NCBI GenBank assembly: GCA_018814355.1
Contig: JAHIZT010000037.1
Span: forward strand, 5,989-69,988
DNA from: Thermoplasmatota archaeon
GTDB lineage: Archaea; Thermoplasmatota; Thermoplasmata; UBA10834
Length of the DNA: 64,000 bases
Direction: 5' to 3'
Position numbers and translations under genes: made by a program
The notes under the pieces: model-generated
The model's database searches: none
What the model saw: the letters and a program-made list of their open reading frames with translations, nothing else
What the model was told of the DNA's origin: nothing
Shown: positions 9,229 to 18,480 of the stretch, one piece after another
Layout of the letters: every line of letters starts with the position of its first letter
Numbering within the stretch: position 1 is the stretch's first letter

Positions 9229-10996
9229 CCGCCTCCTCCGCGATAGCGCGAATCATCGCCTCGACCTGCTCAGGTCTGAAGTTGTTGACAGTGATTGCCT
9301 TGTTGCAGCAAGCGACGGCGCATGCCCCGCAGCCCTCGCACCTGATCTCATCGATCTTTGAAACGAGGATGCCACGTTTTGCGTCTTCGGTGACCTGGAT
9401 GGCCTCGTACTCACAGGCCTTCTCGCACCTTCCACAGCCTCTGCATCTCTCCTCATCCACGAATGCAACGATTCTCGGGAACTTCGTCTTGCCCCTCTTC
9501 ATGAGATCGATTGCGTTCGCGGCAGCCGCCTTCGCGTCTTCGATCGAATACCTAATCCCCTTCGGACCCTGCGCTGTCCCAGCGACATAGATCCCCCTTC
9601 TGAACTCCGACGGGAACATCGGGTTTATGTCCTTCAAGAATCTGTCGATGTCCGTCTGGATGTGCAGCATCTTGGCGAGCTTGTCGCTGCCATCCGCAGG
9701 TTCCTGGCCGACGGACAGCACCACGAGGTCGGAATCGATATTCAGAAGGGTGTCTGAATCGGTGTCAGCAGCCCTGACGAACAGCTTGTTCATGTCCTCA
9801 ACCACCTCAGACACTCGTCCTCTGACGAAGTTGATGCCCTCCTCCTTGGCAGCCTGATAGAACTCCTCGAAGCCTCTGTACGGTCCTCTGAGATCGATAT
9901 AGTGGATGTACACATTCGCATCCGGGTTCAGCTTCTTGATCTCCCTTGCTTGGCCTATGGCATATGTGCAGCAGACAAGTGAGCAGTGGAGATTGCCCTT
10001 GGTCTTGTCTCTGGATCCCACACACTGGATGAAGTTGACGGTCTTGGGGACTTTACCGTCGGATGGCCTTACCAGTCCCTCACCTTTCTCGCGCTGTGCC
10101 ACGAGGATCTGCTCCAGTTCCACTGTCGTGATGACGTTCGGGTTCCCGTAGCGCAGCTCGGGTATGCGTTTCGGGTCGAAGATATTTGAACCAGTCGCGA
10201 CGATTACCGTCCCGACATCGATCTCCTTCAGTCCTGACGGAGTCTTGATCTTCACATGCCTGTTTCCGAATCCTCCGCTCATCTCTTCGATTTCAGAGTT
10301 GAGCATGACCTCTATGTTCCGGGTCTGGAGCACATCCTCGATCTTCGGCGTGAACACACATTCCTTGCAGTACTGGATGCAGCAGATCCCGCAGTTGTGT
10401 GTCGGGAAGGTCATGCTCAGCTTGTAGGTCCTGCCTCCAAGCTCTCCGGTCCTCTCAACCAGATGGACCTTGTACCCTGCGCTGGCGATGTCAAGCGCAG
10501 CCTGCATGCCGGTCACCCCACCGCCGATGACAATGGCGGAGTCCCTGATAGGTATCTCGATGTCCTCGAGAGGAACAAGCTTCTCTACCCTTGCAACGGC
10601 TCCCTTGACAAGGCTCTTTGCCTTGTTGGTGGCAGCCTTTTTGTCGTGATGCACCCAGGCACAGAGCTCGCGTATGTTGACCTGTTCGAACAGGTACTTG
10701 TTCATGCCCATGTCCTCAAGGGACCTGCTCACTATGACTCCCAGAATGTTGGGGGAACATGCACCAACTGCCGCACGCTCGAAGTTCACTTTCTTGAACT
10801 GGTCCTGGAGGAACTTCTGCCCCTCCCGCGAGCAGAGAGCCTCGTGAACGCTGACTGAGACCACTCGAGGGTCCTTCCCAATCCCATCCGCGATCGCCTG
10901 GAGGTCCACGTGCCTTCCAATCTCGTTCCTGCACGAGCACAGGAAGACGGCGATCCCCTTTCGTTCCACAACCTTTTCCTCTGAGCGTTCAGCCAT
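9215..10996 (-). CDS. hdrA: Heterodisulfide reductase subunit A-like flavoprotein (variant lacking the internal ferredoxin insert)
   Basis: FLCSC...LCS...ACSP, QVNIRELCAWVH, IGGGVTG, FIQCVGSRD...CSLVCC, EEFY...FVRGR, and a C-terminal 2x[4Fe-4S] domain. Confidence 0.9.
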   Translation of the reverse strand: MAERSEEKVVERKGIAVFLCSCRNEIGRHVDLQAIADGIGKDPRVVSVSVHEALCSREGQKFLQDQFKKVNFERAAVGACSPNILGVIVSRSLEDMGMNKYLFEQVNIRELCAWVHHDKKAATNKAKSLVKGAVARVEKLVPLEDIEIPIRDSAIVIGGGVTGMQAALDIASAGYKVHLVERTGELGGRTYKLSMTFPTHNCGICCIQYCKECVFTPKIEDVLQTRNIEVMLNSEIEEMSGGFGNRHVKIKTPSGLKEIDVGTVIVATGSNIFDPKRIPELRYGNPNVITTVELEQILVAQREKGEGLVRPSDGKVPKTVNFIQCVGSRDKTKGNLHCSLVCCTYAIGQAREIKKLNPDANVYIHYIDLRGPYRGFEEFYQAAKEEGINFVRGRVSEVVEDMNKLFVRAADTDSDTLLNIDSDLVVLSVGQEPADGSDKLAKMLHIQTDIDRFLKDINPMFPSEFRRGIYVAGTAQGPKGIRYSIEDAKAAAANAIDLMKRGKTKFPRIVAFVDEERCRGCGRCEKACEYEAIQVTEDAKRGILVSKIDEIRCEGCGACAVACCNKAITVNNFRPEQVEAMIRAIAEEADVNE

Positions 10997-11465
10997 TGTG
11001 ATCGGTCCCCGTTGATTGATATCGGCGTACCCTAGCAGATCATGATGTTGTCTTCGTAGTTGTCGGGTCAGTCATTCGTTAGGGAATGCACTAGCGACCG
11101 GTCATCAGATTCTTGTCGTATGCTTCGATTCCCCTGAAGTGCTCCCTTCCGGGCGACGCGAGAAATGGGCCAACAGACTCGTTCACCTCTTGCGAGCATA
11201 AACGTCCTCGTCTCCCCCGATGCACTGAGGGATATTGCTGTCACAATATAACACGATTATGATACATGGGTGTGTGGTCGCTGGCGCTAGAGTGCATCGA
11301 GTTTCCGAGTGGAAACCCCTGAGGTGAACATGCTGAGAGACCGCCATCTAGTATCGTGTTGACTAAGTCGATGCGCACCATGCTATGGGTAGTGCTAAGA
11401 CGGCTCGACTGGTCTAAAGGTAATGGCGAACGCTTAATGTACGAAAATGTACGTTTACTTGACTG

Positions 11466-12590
11466 ATGTTCCCAGAGCGCGTCTCTTCTCTGAAAGTGTC
11501 CGGGATTCGGAAGCTGTTCGAAGCAGCACCGCCCGGTTCAATCAACCTGGGCCTTGGAGAGCCGGACATACAACCTCCAAATGAGATGATCAAGGCATTC
11601 TGCGACGCGCTCCATAAAGGATACAACAAGTATGGTCCAAGCGCGGGCATCAAAGAGCTCAGGGAGGCGATTGCAGCTTATCTGAGGCAGTATCGGCGGG
11701 ACGTATCCTATGAGAACATCATCGTGACTGCGGGAGCTACCGAGGGCATGAGGATTGCGTGCGAGACCATCCTCGGCGACGGTGACGAAGCCCTGGTGCC
11801 AAACCCAGGGTTCATCATCTACGGTCCGGATGTCCGTCTCGCTGGGGCTAAGCCGGTCGAGTACTCACTCCTACAGCGGAACGGGTATCTGCCGGACATA
11901 GAAGAGATCAAGTCGCTGATCACGCCGCGCACGAAGGCGATCATCGTCAACAGCCCGTCCAACCCGCTGGGGACGGTCTTTCCGAAAGAGACAGTGAAGG
12001 CGCTTAGCGAGTTGGCAAAGGACAACAAGTTGTACATCCTCTCAGACGAGGTCTACGACAACTACGTCTACGAAGGCGAGCATCTATCGTTTGCTCGTTT
12101 CCACAACGATACAATAATCGTTCAATCATTCTCCAAGTCCTTAGCAGCAACAGGATGGAGGATCGGATATGTCGCCACCTCCAAGGAGATCGTGCAGCAG
12201 CTCTCCAAGGTCCAGTACTACACACTCGCGTGTCCCCCGACGGCCACGCAGTACGGTGTCCTCGAGGGTCTGAAGATCCTCGACAGGTTCCAGGAGACCG
12301 TGCTCCAAGAGTTCAGGATGAGGCGGGAGATCGCCATGGAGAAGTTATCGGAGATCCCGAGTTTCACGACCGCGCCCGTGAACGGCGCGTTCTATGTCTT
12401 CCCCAGGTTCTCCCAGAAGATCAGCTCGGAGAAGTTCGCGTTGAAGATACTCGATAGGGGCGTCATATGCGCCCCGGGTTCGTCTTTTGGCTCCCACGGC
12501 GAGGGACACATGCGGTTCTCCTACGCGAATTCTCGAGACAACATCGCAAAAGGACTGGAAGTCGTGAAGGATGTCGCAGCCCAGCTGTGA
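11466..12590 (+). CDS. PLP-dependent aminotransferase class I/II (aspartate aminotransferase-like)
   Basis: NLGLGEPD, NSPSNPLG, LSDEVY and SFSKSLAATGWRIGY (PLP lysine). Confidence 0.93.
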   Translation: MFPERVSSLKVSGIRKLFEAAPPGSINLGLGEPDIQPPNEMIKAFCDALHKGYNKYGPSAGIKELREAIAAYLRQYRRDVSYENIIVTAGATEGMRIACETILGDGDEALVPNPGFIIYGPDVRLAGAKPVEYSLLQRNGYLPDIEEIKSLITPRTKAIIVNSPSNPLGTVFPKETVKALSELAKDNKLYILSDEVYDNYVYEGEHLSFARFHNDTIIVQSFSKSLAATGWRIGYVATSKEIVQQLSKVQYYTLACPPTATQYGVLEGLKILDRFQETVLQEFRMRREIAMEKLSEIPSFTTAPVNGAFYVFPRFSQKISSEKFALKILDRGVICAPGSSFGSHGEGHMRFSYANSRDNIAKGLEVVKDVAAQL

Positions 12591-12638
12591 TTCGTCCTGA
12601 CCAGCAGATTCATATTGCGTGCTATATGATAAGGGACT

Positions 12639-14222
12639 ATGCCCGATGAGGGCTCTCGGGGAGCTTCCGGAAACCACAAGCTCATGAGCCCGAAGGCCGC
12701 GATTTCTGTTGTAAACAGCGTGGTCGGAGCGATACTGAGCACGGCCGCTCTGGTGTTCATTGCGAAGAACATGGGGCCGTCGGTCCTGGGCGTACTCGGA
12801 TACGCGATGGCCACCGTCGGCATCCTGAGCTTCCTCTCAGACTTCGGAGTGGGCTCGGTCCACAAAAACCACATCAGGAGCGGGGAGGACCCTGCGAAGT
12901 GCGTCGGGGCTTATGCTGCCATCAAGCTGATCCTAGTCGCGATCTTCGCCGCAGTGGCGTTTGCTCTGATCGTGCTCTGGCGGAACGGCATGCTCGGGGG
13001 AGCTATGCCAGAGAGCTACTTCTTGATCGACTCTCTGCAAGTATTCCTCGTCTACTACGTATTGCTGGGGATAAGCCAGATCGCAACTCACACCTTCGAC
13101 GCGCAGGGGGCCGCGGCAAAGGCCCAGATCCCGACTCTGCTCGAGCTGGTCGTCAGGGTCTCGTTCATCATCTATGTGGCGACCTCATCCTTCGGGGACT
13201 CCCCAGAGGGCCCGGCGCTGCTCGCGGCGTCGTATGCAGCCGGCATCATAGCCGCAACTCTTCTGGTGGCCATCCTCATGAGCCAGGTCAAGATATCAAG
13301 ACCTGACCGCGGAATCCTGATGAAGTACATCAATTCCCTGACTCCAGTCTTTGTCGTGTCCATGATTATCATTCTCGACCTGTATCTCGACAAGGCCCTA
13401 GTGGGTTACTTCTGGGGCGAGACCGAGGTCGGTCTCTACTTTGGAGTTCAGAGAATGGCCATCTTCGTGGGCGTGTTCTCCCTTTCGGTCGCGACGCTCA
13501 TCCTTCCGTCCGTTACAACATACTTCACGAGGAAGGACATCGCTGCGAGCTGGGATGTTGTGAACCAGGCTGAGAGGTATGTATCGCTGGTCGTCGTGCC
13601 AACTGCCGCCTTCTACCTCACATTCGGCTCTGACATCCTCACTGTCTTCCTGACACCCGAGTTCGCCAACAGCGTGAGCACGATGGACGTGCTTGTGATA
13701 GGAAGCGCCATCGTCGCCCTGGCGCTCCCCCTGAGGTCTGCCATAGCTGGTGTTGGAAGGCACAGGACTTTGTTCTATGTGGGTCTCGGAGGGATACTGC
13801 TCCAGCTCGGGACGATGCTTGTTCTTGTGCCCGATCAACTGCTTGGGATCAAGATGCTGGGCCTCAAGGGTTTTGGTGCCGCCTCTGCACTCCTCGTATC
13901 GTCCATATACTACTTCTTCATCCTCAGATACATGGCGTGGAGGACTGCCAAGATTGTCCCCAACTCACGTTCGTTCAGACACGTTGTAAGCGCGATCTTC
14001 ATGGTCGGCGTAATCTACTCCATCGATTGGCTCCTCATTCCAACGGTCGATTGGCTGGCACTGATCACACTGGCAATCATAGGAGCCGTGACCTACGGAA
14101 TCGCTGCATACATGATCGGAGAGCTGGAGTCTTCCGATTACAGATACTTCAGGTCCCTGTTGAATCCCCAGGACACATTCCAGTACGTCGTGAACGAGCT
14201 GCTCGGTAAGCGCGGCCATTGA
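12639..14222 (+). CDS. MOP/Wzx-type oligosaccharide flippase
   Basis: About 14 hydrophobic segments; LSDFGVG, DKALVGYFWGETEVGLYF, LILPSVT and GFGAASA motifs. Confidence 0.85.
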   Translation: MPDEGSRGASGNHKLMSPKAAISVVNSVVGAILSTAALVFIAKNMGPSVLGVLGYAMATVGILSFLSDFGVGSVHKNHIRSGEDPAKCVGAYAAIKLILVAIFAAVAFALIVLWRNGMLGGAMPESYFLIDSLQVFLVYYVLLGISQIATHTFDAQGAAAKAQIPTLLELVVRVSFIIYVATSSFGDSPEGPALLAASYAAGIIAATLLVAILMSQVKISRPDRGILMKYINSLTPVFVVSMIIILDLYLDKALVGYFWGETEVGLYFGVQRMAIFVGVFSLSVATLILPSVTTYFTRKDIAASWDVVNQAERYVSLVVVPTAAFYLTFGSDILTVFLTPEFANSVSTMDVLVIGSAIVALALPLRSAIAGVGRHRTLFYVGLGGILLQLGTMLVLVPDQLLGIKMLGLKGFGAASALLVSSIYYFFILRYMAWRTAKIVPNSRSFRHVVSAIFMVGVIYSIDWLLIPTVDWLALITLAIIGAVTYGIAAYMIGELESSDYRYFRSLLNPQDTFQYVVNELLGKRGH

Positions 14223-14269
14223 GTTGGCTCGATTTGGTTATAAGCCCAAAGGCGGATTACAGAGTTATC

Positions 14270-15532
14270 ATGACAGGCGACCTTCTGATACTCCACGCTT
14301 CAGAGCTTGTCACGCTGAAGGGGCCCAGGCGAGCGCGCGCCAAGGCGGAGATGTCCGACCTCGCAATCATCAGGGACGGCGCTGTGGTCATCTCGGGCGG
14401 GGTGATCCTGGACGTTGGGAGGACGGAATCGATCCGGAAGGAACACGAAGCTACGGGCATCGAGACGGTCGACGCCTCAGGCAAGGTCGTCATGCCTGGT
14501 TTTGTTGACCCGCACACACATCTCGTCTATGCAGGTTCGAGGGAGTTCGAGATCGAGTTGAAGGCCAAGGGAAAGAGCTACCTCGATATACTTCAGGAGG
14601 GAGGGGGCATACTGAGGACTGTGAAGGACACGCGAGCCGCCTCGCCAGAGGATCTCTTCCACGAATCCTCGCGCCGGCTGGAATCCATGATCTCTCACGG
14701 GTCCACCACGGTCGAGGCAAAGTCCGGATACGGCTTGGACAAGCAGGTCGAGCTGAGGATGCTTGAGACTATCAGGAAGCTGGGGAACGATTATCCTGTG
14801 ACCCTGATCCCGACCTATCTAGGCGCTCACGCGGTTCCTCCCGAGCTCAAAGAAAACCCCGATCAGTATGTCGATTTCATGGTGAGCGAGGTCATCCCTG
14901 AGGTGGCCAAGCACAGGTTGGCCGAGTTCTGCGATGTGTTCTGCGAGAAGGGAGTCTTCGACGTCGAACAATCTAGAAAGGTGCTCATGGCCGCGAAGAC
15001 GTTTGGAATGAAGCTCAAGGTCCACGCAGACGAGATTCATTCATCCGGAGGGGCCGAGCTCGCAGCTGAGGTGGGGGCGCTGTCGGCAGACCATCTTGCG
15101 AAGCCGACGGATGACGGGATAATGGCGATGGCCAGGAAGGACGTGGTCGGCGTCCTGCTTCCCGGAACCCCGTACTCATCGATGTCCAGAGAGTATGCCG
15201 ATGGACGTCGGCTGATAGACCTAGGGGTCCCGGTCGCCCTCGGGAGCGACCTTAACCCGAACTGCTGGAACGTTTCCATGCAGTTCACGATAAGCCTCGC
15301 ATGCCACAAGATGCGTATGACCCCGGCCGAGGCGATAACCGCAGGGACTATGAATGCAGCAGCCGCCCTCGGCCTGGAGAAGAAGATCGGCTCGATCGAA
15401 CGCGGGAAGCACGCTGACTTGATCGTCCTGGACGTGCCCTCACACGGGCACCTGCCCTATCAGTTCGGAACGAACCTCTGCTCCCTCGTCCTCAAGGACG
15501 GCAAGACGGTCTGGGAGAAGCAGCCCTTCTGA
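14270..15532 (+). CDS. hutI: Imidazolonepropionase
   Basis: PGFVDPHTHLVYAGSR, GGGILRTV, EAKSGYGL, YLGAHAVP, DVFCEKGVF, HADE, SADH and SDLNP motifs. Confidence 0.93.
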   Translation: MTGDLLILHASELVTLKGPRRARAKAEMSDLAIIRDGAVVISGGVILDVGRTESIRKEHEATGIETVDASGKVVMPGFVDPHTHLVYAGSREFEIELKAKGKSYLDILQEGGGILRTVKDTRAASPEDLFHESSRRLESMISHGSTTVEAKSGYGLDKQVELRMLETIRKLGNDYPVTLIPTYLGAHAVPPELKENPDQYVDFMVSEVIPEVAKHRLAEFCDVFCEKGVFDVEQSRKVLMAAKTFGMKLKVHADEIHSSGGAELAAEVGALSADHLAKPTDDGIMAMARKDVVGVLLPGTPYSSMSREYADGRRLIDLGVPVALGSDLNPNCWNVSMQFTISLACHKMRMTPAEAITAGTMNAAAALGLEKKIGSIERGKHADLIVLDVPSHGHLPYQFGTNLCSLVLKDGKTVWEKQPF

Positions 15533-15717
15533 ACCTTTGGCAGAACGATACCCTGCGCGTCAGCGCCTATGCCAGCCCGCGTCTGGCGGATTCTTGTGAC
15601 CTTCTGGCGGACCGAACCTCGGCCTTCATCTGGGTTACATATATATGCGCGGATTCGCATGGTCGCGCGAGCGTTTGACGGCCTTCAACAAGGCCTGGAC
15701 TACGGGCATCGTGGCGC

Positions 15718-16776
15718 GTGATTGTTATGGTCTCGGTTTGCATGTTGACGGAGCTCGAGAGGTACCGGGCCATCATCCCGTTCAAGAACCCTGGCGGCAT
15801 GGGGACCAATGTGCCGATGGTCGCGCGAGAGCTGGAGAAGGTGGGCGTTCGCGTGCTGCTCAACCAGCCGAAGGGCGAGTACGATGTCCTGCATGTCCAC
15901 AGCCCTTTGCCTGATTCGTTTCTGTGGGCTTTGCGGCGTAGGAAGGAGGGCAAGCCTCTTGTCGTCCATGGGCGGCATCTCCCAGAACTCGTTAAGGGCG
16001 GCTTCAAGGGTGGTTCGTGGATCTATCCGTTCGTTCGCTCCTACTCGGTGAAGTTCTACAACCTTGGCGACGTCGTGGTTGGGGCGACGCCATACGTCGC
16101 GAAGTCCCTGGCTAGGGACGGAGTGCGGGGTCCGTTCAGGGTCATCCCCAACGGGGTCAGCAAGGAAGTGTTCAAGAGGAACGAAACGCTCCGCATTAAG
16201 TTCAGGGAACGCTGGGGCCTCTCAGAATCCGACAAGCTGGTGCTCAGCGTCGGCCTCCGCATCCCGAGGAAAGGCGTCGACACCTTCGTGAACATGTCCT
16301 CCAAGTTCAAGGACAGGAAGGATGTGAAGTTCGTCTGGGTGGGGGCCTCCGAGGCTCTGCTCAAGGACGCACTTGACCGGACGTCACCGGGCAATGTGAT
16401 GTTCCCGGGCCATGTGCCGTTCGAGGAGATAGTGGGTGTGTACTCTGCCGCGGACGTATTCGTGTTCCCGACGAGAGCAGAGAGCTATGGAAACGTCATG
16501 CTCGAGGCTGCGAGCTGCGGTTGCCCGCTGCTCATCAGGGATATACCGGTCTACGAGGAATGGGTCCGTGACGGCCAGCACTGCCTGAAGGCTAAGGACG
16601 ACGAGGATTTCTCCAAGAAGCTCGGTGCCATCATCGACGATGCCGGTCTCCGCAGGAGGCTGGTCGATGGGGCTGGTCAGCTGGCCAGTGAGCACGACAT
16701 CAGGAAGACGGCATTGATGCTGAAGGAGCTCTACGAGTCGCTGTCGGCGGGAGGTGGAGCTGCACGTTCGACCTGA
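15718..16776 (+). CDS. GT4 glycosyltransferase resembling CpoA/diglycosyl-lipid synthases
   Basis: DVLHVHS, IPNGV, SVG..PRKGVDTF and FPTRAESYGNVMLEAASCGCPLLIRDIPVYEEW; the last motif is characteristic of the glycolipid-modifying CpoA-like group. Confidence 0.85.
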   Translation: MIVMVSVCMLTELERYRAIIPFKNPGGMGTNVPMVARELEKVGVRVLLNQPKGEYDVLHVHSPLPDSFLWALRRRKEGKPLVVHGRHLPELVKGGFKGGSWIYPFVRSYSVKFYNLGDVVVGATPYVAKSLARDGVRGPFRVIPNGVSKEVFKRNETLRIKFRERWGLSESDKLVLSVGLRIPRKGVDTFVNMSSKFKDRKDVKFVWVGASEALLKDALDRTSPGNVMFPGHVPFEEIVGVYSAADVFVFPTRAESYGNVMLEAASCGCPLLIRDIPVYEEWVRDGQHCLKAKDDEDFSKKLGAIIDDAGLRRRLVDGAGQLASEHDIRKTALMLKELYESLSAGGGAARST

Positions 16777-17375
16777 TGACGGTGGGAAGAGACATCATCG
16801 ACCTGTTCTCCGACCTGGGCGATGCCGGAATGCTACTTGCCATGATAGTGATCATCTGGATCGATGGCACCGCGTTCCCCACATTGCCCGAGGTCTGGAT
16901 GGTGTTCATCTTCGGCGCGCACCCCGATTCCTTCATGTGGGGGTTCAGTCTCGTCCTGGTCGCGACCGTTGCCAGCCTCGCCGGCAACTTCACGCTGTAC
17001 TCGCTCGTGAAGGTGGCGAGACTTCCCGGTTGGATCCAGAAGGGCATGAGGAAGTACACGGACTTCCTGATACTGAAGGACGAGAGGCTGTTGATTCTAA
17101 ACAGATTCGCCCCGCTCGTCCCTTACACGGGAGCGTTCATAGCGGTGTGCAACTGGAACGTGAAGAAGTCCGCCATCTATCTCTTCGTGAGCGCATTGGC
17201 GAAGTTCTCGGCCTACACTATCATCTTCTGGCTGAGCTACGGCAACCTCAAGGACGAGGTCGCCCCCTGGGTATCCCTCGGGATAGTGGTGACCGTGATC
17301 ACGGCCAGCCTAATAGCATCGGTCATCTACAAGAGGCGAGGCAAGACAAGGGGTGAGCCAGCACGATCTCCGTAG
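16776..17375 (+). CDS. VTT/DedA-like membrane protein
   Basis: DGTAFPTLPE, ASLAGNFTLY and LNRFAPLVP match the DedA/SNARE-associated pattern; about 5 TM segments. Confidence 0.65.
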   Translation: MTVGRDIIDLFSDLGDAGMLLAMIVIIWIDGTAFPTLPEVWMVFIFGAHPDSFMWGFSLVLVATVASLAGNFTLYSLVKVARLPGWIQKGMRKYTDFLILKDERLLILNRFAPLVPYTGAFIAVCNWNVKKSAIYLFVSALAKFSAYTIIFWLSYGNLKDEVAPWVSLGIVVTVITASLIASVIYKRRGKTRGEPARSP

Positions 17376-18478
17376 TGGTCCCGACCTACAATGAGAAGGA
17401 CAATCTCGATGACCTCGTCCGGAGGATCACCGATGCCTGCTCAGGCGCTGGCATCGACCCCGAGATCGTCATCGTTGATGACAACAGCCCAGATGGGACT
17501 GGGAACCGCGCTGAGGAATTGGCTAAGACCCACAGAATGAAGGTCATCCACAGGACTGGGAAGATGGGCCTTTCCTCCGCAGTCATAGAAGGGTTCAGGG
17601 TCTCGTCTGGTTCCATCTTCGTCGTAATGGACGCTGACCTGAGCCATCCGCCGGAGAAGATACCGGATATGGTCAAGATGATACAGTCTGGAGAGGCGGA
17701 GGTCGTGGTGGGCAGCCGGTACGTCGAAGGTGGCAGTGTCGAGAACTGGCCATTCTATCGGAAGGCCATCTCCAAAGGCGCCACGTTTATTGCCAGAGGA
17801 CTCACCAAGGTAAAGGACCCGATGTCCGGCTTCTTCGCTTTGAAAAAGGAGGTCCTAGGCGGCGTGGAGCTAAACCCTGTGGGCTACAAGATCGGTCTCG
17901 AGATACTGGTCAAGGGCAAGTACTCCAAGGTCGTCGAGGTGCCGATACGCTTCGCGGACAGGAAAGCGGGGAGTAGCAAGCTCGGAGGCCAGGAGATGCT
18001 GAGGTACGTCGACCATGTCTCGATGCTCTACGAGCATCGCAGGTTCTGGCTCGGGAAGTATCTCAAGTTCGCCTTCATCGGCGGCATAGGCGCCATCATA
18101 AACCTGGCGGTATTCTGGACGGCCCATGAGATATTCTTCTTAGTCCCGTTCTGGGCCATCGCGATAGCATTCGTCGTCGCGGACACCAACAACTACATCT
18201 GGAACAGGCTCTGGACCTTCAAATCGAAGAGTCAGATCAAGTTCCAGTATCCTCAGTTCCTCATCGTGAGCTTCATCGGCCTTGCCCTCAACGAGCTGCT
18301 CTTCGATGTGATCGTATACGACCTCTTCCCGGAACTGAACATCACCACGGACAAGGCCAGCGCACTTCTGGTGGTCGTGCAGGCGCTCTGCATCTTCGTT
18401 GTCAGCATATTCAATTTCCTGGCGAATTCGGCGTGGACCTTCAGGCACGACATAAGGCGCAGCAAGAAGCTACAGTAG
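17363..18478 (+). CDS. Polyprenol/dolichol-phosphate mannosyltransferase (GT2) fused to a C-terminal GtrA domain
   Basis: ISVVVPTYNE, VDDNSPDGT, MDADLSHPP, VVGSRY, DPMSGF and KAGSSKL; the C-terminal KFAFIGGIG...NRLWTF...NSAWTF is GtrA. The natural start position is an ACG at 17363 (see findings); the first canonical start is GTG 17375. Confidence 0.9.
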   Translation, partial: TISVVVPTYNEKDNLDDLVRRITDACSGAGIDPEIVIVDDNSPDGTGNRAEELAKTHRMKVIHRTGKMGLSSAVIEGFRVSSGSIFVVMDADLSHPPEKIPDMVKMIQSGEAEVVVGSRYVEGGSVENWPFYRKAISKGATFIARGLTKVKDPMSGFFALKKEVLGGVELNPVGYKIGLEILVKGKYSKVVEVPIRFADRKAGSSKLGGQEMLRYVDHVSMLYEHRRFWLGKYLKFAFIGGIGAIINLAVFWTAHEIFFLVPFWAIAIAFVVADTNNYIWNRLWTFKSKSQIKFQYPQFLIVSFIGLALNELLFDVIVYDLFPELNITTDKASALLVVVQALCIFVVSIFNFLANSAWTFRHDIRRSKKLQ

Positions 18479-18480
18479 CT

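Noticed and set aside
11000-11300. Calling an SRP RNA gene or an archaeal SECIS here
   Set aside because: The conserved CAG of helix 8 and the Alu domain are missing; there is no GAA/A SECIS bulge; HdrA and MvhD have no in-frame TGA. Kept only as a structured-leader finding.
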